This document shows positions 38,234 to 47,931 of a DNA stretch of 64,000 bases, piece after piece. The DNA is from an uncultured Acidobacteriota bacterium (GTDB lineage Bacteria; Acidobacteriota; Terriglobia; 20CM-2-55-15): contig CAWIJI010000015.1 of NCBI GenBank assembly GCA_963836435.1, positions 318 to 64,317 on the forward strand, read 5' to 3'. The notes below the pieces were generated by a model. It was not told the origin of the DNA, did not search any database, and saw only the letters and a program-made list of their open reading frames with translations. The position numbers and the translations under genes are program-made. How positions within the stretch are numbered: the stretch's first letter is position 1; each line of letters opens with the position of its first letter.

Positions 38234-38773
38234 TCAGCCCGGCTGCTCGGCCGCGGCTTGCAGGTTTTGCCCGCACGCGGGACAGAACCTGTCGGTCAGC
38301 CCAACCAAACGCGAGCACTTGGGACAGGACCGTGCGAGTTGAGTTCCGCATTGGGGACAATACCCCGCATCGGTAGTGAGCAGGGAATGACAGCCCGGGC
38401 ATTCCGCCGAAACGGGATGCCGCAGGAGAAAGTACAGGATGAACCCCAGAGCGTTCGGCACAAAGATCACGACCAGCATCCACAGCAGCCTGTTCATGCC
38501 CCGCCGCCCCGCATCGGCGTAGACATAGCCAACCAGAAGAACCCATATCGTCAGCAGCACGCTGGCGATCACAGGGACAACGAGAAACAACAGCGCGGCT
38601 ATGCCTGGCCCGCCGCCTCCCCGCACGCCGGCCGGCGTGCGCGTTGCGGTGACCCTAAGAAAAGCTACGATGACCGCGCCGGCGATCACGCACACCGGAA
38701 CCAGGGCTGCAATGACCTTCGCGGCCGTCGGGATGCGCTTCAGTTCATCCGATAACTGAGGTTTCGCGTTCAT
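38234..38773 (-). CDS. Membrane protein with C-terminal double zinc ribbon
   Basis: Three hydrophobic segments (VYADAGRRGMNRLLW...LYFLLR, PLDc_N-like), then CPGC/CPQC/CPKC/CPAC. Confidence 0.8.
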   Translation of the reverse strand: MNAKPQLSDELKRIPTAAKVIAALVPVCVIAGAVIVAFLRVTATRTPAGVRGGGGPGIAALLFLVVPVIASVLLTIWVLLVGYVYADAGRRGMNRLLWMLVVIFVPNALGFILYFLLRHPVSAECPGCHSLLTTDAGYCPQCGTQLARSCPKCSRLVGLTDRFCPACGQNLQAAAEQPG

Positions 38774-39264
38774 CGTTTCATCCCTTTCTCCAAACTACGC
38801 TGAATCCAGGAGGGTAGAGGCATGTGCATGAACAACAGGACCGACACGATTCCGGGAAGTACCCACATGGCGGCGAACGCTGCCTGCCATGCGGGCCCCG
38901 GTAACCCGAGATAGCCGCCCACCAAGCCAAACAGCCTCCAGAGATAGGGCTGCAGAACAGCTCCCCACGCAGCAGCCAGCATGCAGGAGACAACCAGCAT
39001 TCGCCGCTGACTTGCAGCGTCTCCCAGGTTTCTTGCCGCGAACCGGACGCTGCGCTGAGTCGCACGCACCAGCGTGGGACTCGGCATCTCGGATGCGCCC
39101 CGCAGAGTGAGTATTGCGTTGCGGGCGGTGTCCGCATAGCTGCAGCACGTCGCGCACTCCTCCAGGTGCGCTGCCAGCCAATAGGCATCTTCCGGTTCGA
39201 TTTCCGACACTGCCTGATCAAGAATGAAAGACTTTGCGCGCTGGTGGATTTCTCTGGCATTCAT
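38770..39264 (-). CDS. Anti-sigma factor (zf-HC2, two TM helices)
   Basis: HLEECATC motif, two C-terminal hydrophobic helices; overlaps the sigma gene stop. Confidence 0.75.
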   Translation of the reverse strand: MNAREIHQRAKSFILDQAVSEIEPEDAYWLAAHLEECATCCSYADTARNAILTLRGASEMPSPTLVRATQRSVRFAARNLGDAASQRRMLVVSCMLAAAWGAVLQPYLWRLFGLVGGYLGLPGPAWQAAFAAMWVLPGIVSVLLFMHMPLPSWIQRSLEKGMKR

Positions 39265-39824
39265 AATGGATCCCCTCCAAGTCTTGTCGACAGCAGGTGC
39301 AACCCTCGACGCAACCGGGACTTCACAGTAGACAGAGGGATACTCGCGAACGACGCAATCTCTTCGAGCGACATTCCTTCATGGAATCGCAGAGTAAGAA
39401 CTTCCCGGTAGTAAGGCGGTATCCCGTCCATCACCTGACCGAGCCTCTGCCGGGATTCCGCAGCGGCAAGGAAATCGAAGGCCGACGGCGTGCCCTCGGC
39501 GGCGGGTGGATCGAACGGCATGTCCTCTTCGGCGGCATGCTGCGTAAAGAGGATCGGAGTCTTCCGGCGCATGGCGTCGATCGCCAGGTTCCGGGCCACC
39601 CGAAGCAGCCATGATTCGAACTTGTAACGGGGATCAAACTGCCACCCCCGCTCGAGAACGCGAATCCAGGTTTCCTGGAACAGGTCCTCGGCCAGTTGGC
39701 GGTCACGGGTGAAGAACACGAGATACCGGGACAGCCGCTGTTGGTACTGCTCGATCAGGCTGTCCAGCACGTCGGGATCGCGACTCTGCAGACCGCGCGA
39801 GATTCGGCTGTTCTCTTCTTCCAT
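39261..39824 (-). CDS. ECF RNA polymerase sigma-70 factor
   Basis: AEDLFQETWIRV, FESWLLRVARNLAID, LRFHEGMSLEEIA...STVKSRLRRG. Start placed at MEEENS. Confidence 0.9.
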   Translation of the reverse strand: MEEENSRISRGLQSRDPDVLDSLIEQYQQRLSRYLVFFTRDRQLAEDLFQETWIRVLERGWQFDPRYKFESWLLRVARNLAIDAMRRKTPILFTQHAAEEDMPFDPPAAEGTPSAFDFLAAAESRQRLGQVMDGIPPYYREVLTLRFHEGMSLEEIASFASIPLSTVKSRLRRGLHLLSTRLGGDPL

Positions 39825-40117
39825 CGAGACTTCGGCGAAATAGGTTATTCCCCACATCCTGATCGTGTATACGAAGAACGCGGGGCTCAGGACCCACAAT
39901 TATTGTTTCCTTTACGATTTCTTTTGGCCTTGCACGGTTTTCCGCTCCGACCGACGGCCAGCAGAAATGCAACTGAGACGGCTCATGTCACCCACCTCCA
40001 ACGCCCGGGTCAAGGCCACAATCTCGTCGACACCGGCGGTCGTCCTAGCAGTTCAACACGCACCGGTATCTTTTAGGTTATTGGAACCCGTTCCATCAAC
40101 CTTTAGGATAGAACCCC

Positions 40118-40909
40118 ATGAAATCAGCCTTGCCTCTTGCCGTGATCGTCGCGCTGGCAACCGCTCAATCGCCAGAGCCGAAACCGTCGTTCGAGGTGGC
40201 GACGATCAGGCCCGCCCTGCCGAACGCTCCGAAGAATGTGGTGATGCCCTCGAGCCCAAACCGGCTGACGATACCGAGCATGACTCTCAGCTGGTTGATC
40301 TATACCGCGTACGGCGAAGGCCTCAACACCTCCGCCCGCGTGACCGGAGGTCCGGACTGGGTCAACCAGACTTCATACGCGATCGAGGGACAGGCGGCGG
40401 GAAAATCGACACCTCGTCAGTTGCGTATGATGCTCCAGACTCTGCTGGAGAAACGCTTTGCCCTGAAGGTTCGCATTGAAACGACGATGGTCGATATTTA
40501 CGCTCTCGTGCGCGACGACAGCGGTGGCAGGTTAGGGCCGAACGTTCAGGAATGGGACGGTACGTGCGGCGGGAACTTCCTTCCGAGGACGACGATCCGG
40601 CGTACCCTCGCTGTGGCAGCGGCTACGCACCTCCCGGCCTCGTTCTGAATGGCGCGACAATGTTTAATGCCGGCGACGCGCTGTCCCTGCCGCCATCCCG
40701 AAACTTGGTGGGCCGCCTCGTTCAGGATCAGACCGGGCTCAAAGGCCGATACAGGCTGGTCCTGGCCTAACCCCTTCACCCCACCGGATCCCACAGCGCC
40801 GTCTCTATTCACAGCCATTCGGGAACAATGGGGATTGCGGCTTGAACCGGCGAAAGGTCCCTTCAGGCTGCTGACCATCGAAAACGCAGAGCGGCCAGAC
40901 GAAAACTAA
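40118..40909 (+). CDS. TIGR03435 (DUF3738) family protein, frameshifted
   Basis: PSFEVATIRP, VTGGPDWVN, MLQTLLEKRFALK, then VQDQTGLKGRY and SLFTAIREQWGLRLEPAKGP in shifted frames. Confidence 0.85.
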
Positions 40910-40957
40910 ATCGTCACGAGCCACCGACGGAGAACAACCGTTGCGCACTTTCGGTGT

Positions 40958-41042
40958 ATTTCGGTGACGTTGATCAAATTCGCCTGCAACGAATTCTGAT
41001 CCGAAAGTTACTTCGGGCGAATTTGATCAACGTCACCGAAAT
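40958..41042. repeat. 85-bp inverted-repeat element (27-bp perfect arms) between convergent genes
   Basis: ATTTCGGTGACGTTGATCAAATTCGCC (40958-40984), 31-nt spacer, GGCGAATTTGATCAACGTCACCGAAAT (41016-41042). Confidence 0.85.
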
Positions 41043-41093
41043 TGTCTTTTTCAGTTTCGCATATAGCGGCGCACTGGAAAGGAATCCTCGCCG

Positions 41094-42005
41094 CTACTTT
41101 GCCGCCTGCAATTCCGCGTATAGCTGACCGATAAATCGATCGCCGGTGGTTCCGGGCATCACGATTTTCGAATCGAACTCCGCAGTAACTTTGGCCGCGT
41201 TCACCTGCTCCAGGGTTCGCCCCTGCTTGACAAGCGAGGCCACCTTGTCGCGAAGCGCAAGAATGATGTCGCGATGCGCCACAAGGCCGTTGCGATCCAC
41301 GGTTGCCCCGTGCCCGGGAATCACCTTCGTATTGGGGCCACAGAGTGCGATGGTGAACGCCAGACCGTCCAGCATGCCGTTCAACGATCCGCCGTTGGCT
41401 CGGTCGATGTTCGGGTAGCCGAGCGATCGGAAGTAGTCGCCGGTCATCAGAATGTCGTGGTTCACGAAATGAACAAGCGTGTCGCCGTCGGTATGCGCGT
41501 TGCGGATGGGAATCAGCTCGATGGTTTCGCCGTTCATATGAAGCGTGACCTTCTGATCATAGGTCACCACGGGGAGCGCCTTTGCAGGAGCCGGGGTTCC
41601 GGGAGCGCCGTTGGCGGCAGGATTGGGATTCGCCAACCGGTAACGCAGCTGCTCGCGCGAGAAGATCGTCACCCCCATTTTCCCGAAGTTCTCGTTGCCG
41701 CCGGTATGATCTCCGTGGACATGGGTGTTGACCAGGTAGCGGATCGGGTTGGGCGTGATTTTCTTGATCGCAGCCACGATTTTGTCGGTCAGCGCGGCGT
41801 ACTGCGCATCCACCATGAAGACGCCATCCGGCCCCGCGAGCACCCCGATCATGCCGCCGGAGCCTTCAAGCGTGTAGAAGTCGTCGGCAATCTTCGTCGT
41901 CTTGATTTCGACCGCCGCCAGATTCTGCTGTTGAGCATGAACAACGGCGGCCATCATGGCCGCCGTTGTCAATGCCATCGTCAGAGCAATGGCGCGCTTT
42001 CTCAT
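41094..42005 (-). CDS. Exported MBL-fold metallo-hydrolase (cyclase-like)
   Basis: Signal peptide; intact NTHVHGDHTGGN, AHTDGD, MTGD, VIPGHG. Confidence 0.88.
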   Translation of the reverse strand: MRKRAIALTMALTTAAMMAAVVHAQQQNLAAVEIKTTKIADDFYTLEGSGGMIGVLAGPDGVFMVDAQYAALTDKIVAAIKKITPNPIRYLVNTHVHGDHTGGNENFGKMGVTIFSREQLRYRLANPNPAANGAPGTPAPAKALPVVTYDQKVTLHMNGETIELIPIRNAHTDGDTLVHFVNHDILMTGDYFRSLGYPNIDRANGGSLNGMLDGLAFTIALCGPNTKVIPGHGATVDRNGLVAHRDIILALRDKVASLVKQGRTLEQVNAAKVTAEFDSKIVMPGTTGDRFIGQLYAELQAAK

Positions 42006-43651
42006 TTGCCCGCCGCCGCGTCGGCCTTCTTGCGGTCCTCCAGGGCTTTCATGAGTTCCGCCTTGTTCTGAGGTTCAGCGGAAGCATGGACGTTAATGTA
42101 GCGATCGAAATCGAGGTTGAGCTTTTCCAGAACAGGCCCGAGCGCCTTGACGTGATCGTTTGCCACTTCGCCCGGATTCGTAGGCAGCGAGAAGTCTCCC
42201 TGGAAGAGAACCTTTTCCTTCGGCAGATAGGCGATCATCAGTCCGTTCGAGTGCGGGGCACCCGGCACGTGATAGAACTCGACCGTGTGCATGCTGTCCG
42301 AAAAAACTTTCTTTTCGCCCATTCCCTCGACTTTGACTTTCCTGGGATTTGCGGCGAGAGGGTCGACCTTGGGGTCCAGCAGGGTTCTCGGAGTGTTCAG
42401 CGCCCTCTCGAGAAACTCTACATTGTTCCTGTGGGTGAGGATCGTGGCGCCTTCTGCCGCCAATGCCGGCAATCCTCCCGTGTGATCGGAGTGGGGGTGC
42501 GTGTTAAAGACGTAGCGAATCGGCTTGTTGGGAATGAGTTCCTTCGTTTTGGCGATATAGGCCTGGCCGCGCGCGATGGATTGGCCGGCCTCGAGCATCA
42601 TGACGTAGTCCTTGAATTCCACAATCACCGAATCGTAGCTGCCATTTCCCGCGGTGAGTCTCCATACGCCCTCACCGAGCTTTTCCGGCATGACGACAAG
42701 AGCAGCCGGAGCTGCCGCACCGCCGCCACGACCGCCGCCGCCGGCCGCAGGAGCCGCGCCGGGAACAGGAGGAATCGCGCCGGCCTGACCGCCGCGGCCT
42801 CCAGGAGCGCCACGACCGCCGCCGGCGCCGCCACCCCTGCCGGCAGCAGGTGGAGCTCCGCCACCGCCCCCTCGGGCCGGCGCTGGAGGTGGAACCGCCA
42901 GCGTTGCCAGATCCGGAGGATTCGCTTTCGCCGCCATGACATCGACTTCAAAGAAGGGCCAGCCGCCGCGTGTCTGCACGATCTTCGTCGGAGCCATGAC
43001 TCCGCCGAAGTCCTTCCAGCCCGTGTAGGTCGCAAGGATTTGCATGTCGCCCATGATGTTGTCGGCCGACCATGTTTCGACGCGCTCGACGATGTTCTTG
43101 TCATTCACGTAGCCGTTAATGACGTAGTTCTTGCCGGAATCGGCCTTGACCGTCGGGCTCCAGGTCAGGACGGTGTAGTTCTTGCCGTCCACCTTGCGGC
43201 GGCTCGCGGTGGCGTTGTTCGCCGCAGCGCCTTTCAGGAAACCCCATGGTGTGATGTAGAACTCGATCGACTGGGCCCAGGGCCGGCTGACATCGGCCTG
43301 CTGAGCCGTGACCTGCTGGTTGAAGTTTCCAGGGGTCAAGGCGGTTGAGCCGCCAGCCCCGATATTGTTCGTCGCTCCGGTGGCGCGCGATAGCGGGGCC
43401 GTCAGGTCGATCGCCCGAACGTAGTTGTTTATCGGACGCATCGGGTTATGCGGTCCTTTGCAGATCATGTCGGAGGCATTGGCTCCGCACTGCTGGAATG
43501 CCACATCCCTTGCGGATCCCGAATACGTGATGGATTTCAGATCGCCTAACGCCTTTTGCGCGTCGGCGATCACAGTCCTGGCATCCTGGGCCATCACCGT
43601 TCCGCACAGGAACGCGAGGCAGATTGCGACTACAAAAAATTTTCTGACCAC
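42002..43651 (-). CDS. Large exported MBL-fold protein with a Gly/Pro/Arg-rich linker
   Basis: Signal peptide, N-terminal beta domain, RGG-rich linker, C-terminal MBL domain with NTHPHSDHTGG, APHSNG, INVH. Confidence 0.8.
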   Translation of the reverse strand: MVRKFFVVAICLAFLCGTVMAQDARTVIADAQKALGDLKSITYSGSARDVAFQQCGANASDMICKGPHNPMRPINNYVRAIDLTAPLSRATGATNNIGAGGSTALTPGNFNQQVTAQQADVSRPWAQSIEFYITPWGFLKGAAANNATASRRKVDGKNYTVLTWSPTVKADSGKNYVINGYVNDKNIVERVETWSADNIMGDMQILATYTGWKDFGGVMAPTKIVQTRGGWPFFEVDVMAAKANPPDLATLAVPPPAPARGGGGGAPPAAGRGGGAGGGRGAPGGRGGQAGAIPPVPGAAPAAGGGGRGGGAAAPAALVVMPEKLGEGVWRLTAGNGSYDSVIVEFKDYVMMLEAGQSIARGQAYIAKTKELIPNKPIRYVFNTHPHSDHTGGLPALAAEGATILTHRNNVEFLERALNTPRTLLDPKVDPLAANPRKVKVEGMGEKKVFSDSMHTVEFYHVPGAPHSNGLMIAYLPKEKVLFQGDFSLPTNPGEVANDHVKALGPVLEKLNLDFDRYINVHASAEPQNKAELMKALEDRKKADAAAGK

Positions 43652-43665
43652 AAAACCTCCTTAAG

Positions 43666-45666
43666 TTAAGGCAAAGCGAAAACGTAAACGCCATTGGTGT
43701 TGGCGGGCGGCGGAGTGATCCCGGCCTGCGTGATCAATCCCGCAGTGACACCGCCTCGGCCCGTCAATACAGCGACATACTGTTTGCCGTTGACTGCATA
43801 AGTAATGGTGCTGTTCTGGATACTGCCGGGCAGGACAGCCTGCCAGAGGACCTTCCCATTGTCGGCATCGATAGCGCGGAAGTTGCGCGCCAGATCGCCC
43901 CAGAAAACCAGATCCCCCGCCGTAACCAGTGTGGCGCCATTGCCCGGAGAGCAGGTTTCAAAAAGACGAGTGACTTCCCCGGTCGTGGCGTTGACCTTGG
44001 CAACGCCTGCGAATTTTGCCGGGTCGGAACCTTCACGACGGATTGCGGTCCGCGCTTCACCGCGGCCGCCGCCTCCGCCACCGCGTCCACCACCACCGCG
44101 TCCACCGGCGGCTGCTCCGCCTGGAGCGCCACCACGGCCGCCAGGAGCGGCGCCCCCCGCGGGCGGACCGCCGGCAGCTCCGCGGCCGCCCCGGCCACCG
44201 CCTCCCGGGCCTGCGCCCACCGCTGCGGGAGCTGCACCAGGGGCGGGTTCAGGATTCGGGGGGCCCTGACACACGGCCGGTGTGACGGTGTAAGGCGCAG
44301 GCGGTTGCGGAGCGCCTGAAGGATCGGCGGACGTCATGTCGAGACAGTTGTCGACATACGGGATATAGAGAGAGTTCTTGCCGGGGTGATAGGACATCGG
44401 CCAATAACTCTTCGTGTTATACGAGCAGATAACGTGACGTTCACCCGGCTGATCGTTGATCAGGTCTTCGTTGATCCACGTTGTCCCGTCCGGATCGATT
44501 CGCGAAATCAGAAACCGGGGAGTGTCGTACGGAAACGGCGTCGCCCAGAGAAACTTGCCGTTTGTGCGATCAAGCGCAAACAACCCGCCGCCCTCACCCA
44601 CAGAAAACGAAATATCGTGCTGGGAATTCCTGGCAATGGTGGGATTGATCCACTTCACAGCCTTCGGATCGGGATTAACCGCAGCGTGCACCAGGACACG
44701 CTCGTTCGTGTAATCCTGATCCCAGTCGTCACCGGGCAGATGCTGGTAGTACCACAGCAGCTTGCCGGTGTTTCCATCGAGCGCGACCGTCGAGTTGCTG
44801 TAAAGGTCCGCCGGAGCCGACATGCCAATGGCGTTGGAGTTGCCCTGGTGCCGGGCCGAGCGTGTATTCGGTATGGGATTGGCGACACCCCAGTAAACGA
44901 TGTTCCGTACCGGGTCGTAGCTGCCGGTAAGTCCCCATGTGGAAGCCGAACGACCCGCGACGGGAGCTCCGCCCCACGACTTGTTGCCCACTTCATCATC
45001 TTCGCCGGCGGCGGTGTTGAACTTCCACAGTTCCTTGCCGGTCCTGGCGTCGTGCGCCGCGATGTAGCACCCCTGCTGCGGGGGTGTGCCGCACGTGCGG
45101 CCGGAAATGATTTTGTCTCCCGCCATGATCAGGCCGCCGGTGAGCCGCCCGCCATTATTAACGGCTTTGGTTTCCCAGCGAACCGCGCCCGTCTTCATGT
45201 CCAGAGCAACGATGACGCCATCCGTCGCAGGATAGAAAATCATGTCTTCGAACATCGCGAACGTCTTGCTGTTGCTGGCGCCGCCCGTTGGACGGCGATA
45301 TTCCCAGAGGAGATTCCCGTTGGTCGCATCGAGAGCCCAAACGACGCCACCGGCTGGACTGCCCGGCGCTCCAGGGTTCATGATGAACATCACGCCATCG
45401 TGAACGAGAGGTATGCTTTCCTGCGTCCCCGTCGCCATGTCCTTCGACCACGCCATCTTTAGCTGCGCCACATTGCTCTTCTTGATTTGATTGAGCGGAC
45501 TGAAGCGCTGGGCGTCGTACGTCCGGCTGAACATGAGCCAGTCGCTATCGCTGGGTTTTTGCAACATCGCTGTCGTCACCGGAGTGATTTTCCGGTCTTG
45601 CGAAAGGGACACCGTCGCGATCACTACGGCCAGTAAGACCATGAGGAATAGTGCTTTCCGTACCAT
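43666..45666 (-). CDS. PQQ-dependent dehydrogenase-like beta-propeller protein
   Basis: DWLMFSRTYDAQRFSPLNQI, LKMAW, YDPVRNIVYWG, LYSNSTVALD, WYYQHLPGDDWDQD, LVTAGDLVFWG, PITY-like TITYAVNGKQYVAV. Start placed at MVRKAL. Confidence 0.88.
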   Translation of the reverse strand: MVRKALFLMVLLAVVIATVSLSQDRKITPVTTAMLQKPSDSDWLMFSRTYDAQRFSPLNQIKKSNVAQLKMAWSKDMATGTQESIPLVHDGVMFIMNPGAPGSPAGGVVWALDATNGNLLWEYRRPTGGASNSKTFAMFEDMIFYPATDGVIVALDMKTGAVRWETKAVNNGGRLTGGLIMAGDKIISGRTCGTPPQQGCYIAAHDARTGKELWKFNTAAGEDDEVGNKSWGGAPVAGRSASTWGLTGSYDPVRNIVYWGVANPIPNTRSARHQGNSNAIGMSAPADLYSNSTVALDGNTGKLLWYYQHLPGDDWDQDYTNERVLVHAAVNPDPKAVKWINPTIARNSQHDISFSVGEGGGLFALDRTNGKFLWATPFPYDTPRFLISRIDPDGTTWINEDLINDQPGERHVICSYNTKSYWPMSYHPGKNSLYIPYVDNCLDMTSADPSGAPQPPAPYTVTPAVCQGPPNPEPAPGAAPAAVGAGPGGGGRGGRGAAGGPPAGGAAPGGRGGAPGGAAAGGRGGGGRGGGGGGRGEARTAIRREGSDPAKFAGVAKVNATTGEVTRLFETCSPGNGATLVTAGDLVFWGDLARNFRAIDADNGKVLWQAVLPGSIQNSTITYAVNGKQYVAVLTGRGGVTAGLITQAGITPPPANTNGVYVFALP

Positions 45667-45747
45667 CGTCAATCTCCTTAGGTTTTGGAACCGAATATTC
45701 ATGACACAGGGAAGCGGAAGAGTCAAAGAATCCGTGGAAACAACTTT

Positions 45748-45779
45748 CAGCTAAAGGAAGGGAAATTCCTTCACAGCTG
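45748..45779 (-). terminator. Possible hairpin/terminator upstream of the PQQ-like gene
   Basis: Minus strand CAGCT-GTG-AAGGAA-TTTCCC-TTCCTT-T-AGCTG followed by AAAGTTGTTT. Confidence 0.3.
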
Positions 45780-45974
45780 ATCGCTGAAAGCTGTTTGCTG
45801 AACGCACGCTAAGGGAGAGTCGAGCCGTGTGGTCGGACGAGACGTCGGCAAACCAGGAACCGCGGGGAACTCGGTAAGATCGGTCCGACGAGGGAGGCGC
45901 AGAAACTCCGCCTCCCTCTCACCAAAATCATTTCGTCAAAACATCGGCGAGAATCCTGGACTGGTTCTGCGCGT

Positions 45975-46565
45975 CTACCCGCAGCGGCCGGGCTGATTCC
46001 CTTCCAGGCACGGAATCGCACTCAGAAATTCATAAACAGCGCCAAGATCGTGGTCGGTCATGTGCCTGAAGATCGGCCATGGCATGACCTGAAGAATGGG
46101 GGAATCCGGTGGGGGGCCAGTAGGGTCCGGATCCTGGCCCGTACGCAACAGATATTTGAACTCCACGAGTGTTAATCCAGCAGGAAGGCCGTTTTTGTCG
46201 GGCGTAATGTTTCGAGGTACGAAGACGGGCCCAAAAATTGGACTGCCTCCGACCAGGTAACCACTCGGTAGGAAGGCTCCCGGGTCTCCCGCAAAAGGAT
46301 CGTTGTTCGGATTGAAAGTTGGATTACCGTGGCAGCCATTGCAGTCTGCCTGGGCGTTCACGATATAGGCCCCCAGACCGACCAAAGCGCGGTTCTTTCC
46401 TGTCAGATCGAGGGGAATTGCGGAGGCCTGCATGATCGAGTAACCAATCTGGATCCGGCTATTTTCGTCAGCCCCACCTCCTTGCCCATTGCCTTGTGCC
46501 ACAACGAAAAGACTGGCCCCCAGGATTCCACCTATCCCAACTATCAGCCAATACATCTTTCTCAT
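45975..46565 (-). CDS. Exported monoheme c-type cytochrome
   Basis: N-terminal hydrophobic leader, CNGCH, RNITPD, VMPW distal Met, AVYEFLSAIP. Confidence 0.8.
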   Translation of the reverse strand: MRKMYWLIVGIGGILGASLFVVAQGNGQGGGADENSRIQIGYSIMQASAIPLDLTGKNRALVGLGAYIVNAQADCNGCHGNPTFNPNNDPFAGDPGAFLPSGYLVGGSPIFGPVFVPRNITPDKNGLPAGLTLVEFKYLLRTGQDPDPTGPPPDSPILQVMPWPIFRHMTDHDLGAVYEFLSAIPCLEGNQPGRCG

Positions 46566-46627
46566 TGAAATCAGCTCCTTTCTTTCGCTTCTTTGGAAAA
46601 CAGAGCCCATCGCAACAACAGTGTCTT

Positions 46628-46738
46628 TAGCTCGTTATGCCGTAACGAGAATTTTGTTCACGCAAGGCATAACGGGCCAGGCGCCCGAAGGCGCCGCGCA
46701 AGCGCCCGAGCCGGGGTCCGGGGCGGAGCCCCGTCTAG
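46628..46738 (+). repeat. Repeat family 2, empty copy E (~111 bp)
   Basis: TAGCTCGTTATGCCG...TAACGAGAATTTTGTTCACGCAAGGCATAACGGGCCAGGCGCCCGAAGGCGCCGCGCAAGCGCCCGAGCCGGGGTCCGGGGCGGAGCCCCGTCTAG; same sequence as the flanks of copy D. Confidence 0.85.
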
Positions 46739-46815
46739 TTGGCACTTGGGTGAGAGGCGCCGATCATATCTCCTCGAGCCGGGTGTCGGCAAATTGCGCG
46801 GACGCCAGATCCAGG

Positions 46816-47931
46816 CTAATTCGAACTTCCAGGTTCTTCCAACTCCGGCGGGTCGCCTCTCCGGCCGGACAGGAATCCGATCCAGGGGTAGCGGTCGCGC
46901 TGGCTTGCCATGAAGGCGCAGCCTAACACAACGAACGTTTCAATGTAGGCCAGGACGAGAAACGTCACGGAAATGGCGAAGGGGCCCTGGGTCGGGTCCA
47001 GGCCCGGGGCCAGTTTGAAGTAAACGATACGCACGATCTCTACCAGGACTCCAGCCAGCATCGCGGCCGGAAGCACGGTTCGTCCCTCGATTTTGCGGTT
47101 GGGGAGGTACCGATACAGGGCGTAGATAGCCACCGTGAAAAAGGACATTGTAGTCAGGTGATTCACGGCCAAATTGAGAACCTCTCGAAGGATGATGAAA
47201 CGCAACGGACCCACAATCCAATGCAGGACTGCCGACAGAATCACGAACAGCACGCCGACTGCCGGAAGTGACACCGAAACCCGGAGTTCCGCAACGTGGG
47301 TGGTCCAATCGCGGGGAAGCAACCGGTAAAGCCCGAAAGCTGCAGTAACGAATAGGACTGCGGCCAGGGTCTCGATGACGGCGAAGCTCAACACTCGTCG
47401 CACCAGGTCGGATTGAAGGAGACCAATCACATAGTGGAGCGACGTGGATACCAGGACGAAGAAAAGCCCCACGCCCGTGCAAACCACGGTCAGACTGAAG
47501 CCGATAATCTGATTCTTCCAGTAGGGCCTGTCTTCGTGTACGTGCCAGAGGCGGTTCAACCCGGCTTCGAGCGGAACAAAGACCGCCGCGGCTCCGAGCA
47601 GCACCCAGAAAATGGATCCGAGTTCCACCCGCCCCTGAAAGGCCGCGAACCGCGCTTCGAGATTCCGGATGATGAAGCCACGATCGCCCGGTAGAAAGTA
47701 TCCCTGGACCAGCTCCAGCATAACGTCGTAGGCGAGGTCCCAGTGCAGCACGTTCTTGAGCATTCCCAACATGACCAGGCAGGAAGGGAAAAACCCGATC
47801 AGCGCGGCGCATGCCAGCGCCAGACAGAACGCGTGGGTCTCTGTCTGCAGGATCAGGTAGCGAAAAAGAGGAAACAGGTTCTTCAACTCGCTCCAGAAGC
47901 GGAGCCAGACATCGCGTTGCAGCTTCACCAC
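46816..47931 (-). CDS. YihY/virulence factor BrkB family membrane protein with an internal duplication
   Basis: ALACAALIGFFP, ASVFVPLE-like AAAVFVPLEAGLNRLW, LYRYLPNRK, GPFAISVTFL. Start placed at GTG 47931. Confidence 0.8.
   Translation of the reverse strand: MVKLQRDVWLRFWSELKNLFPLFRYLILQTETHAFCLALACAALIGFFPSCLVMLGMLKNVLHWDLAYDVMLELVQGYFLPGDRGFIIRNLEARFAAFQGRVELGSIFWVLLGAAAVFVPLEAGLNRLWHVHEDRPYWKNQIIGFSLTVVCTGVGLFFVLVSTSLHYVIGLLQSDLVRRVLSFAVIETLAAVLFVTAAFGLYRLLPRDWTTHVAELRVSVSLPAVGVLFVILSAVLHWIVGPLRFIILREVLNLAVNHLTTMSFFTVAIYALYRYLPNRKIEGRTVLPAAMLAGVLVEIVRIVYFKLAPGLDPTQGPFAISVTFLVLAYIETFVVLGCAFMASQRDRYPWIGFLSGRRGDPPELEEPGSSN

Noticed and set aside
37128-38546. 472-aa GT2 with a long N-terminal extension
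   Set aside because: The extension is antisense to the HAD remnant and overlaps the zinc-ribbon gene; homology and the composition shift start near 38015.
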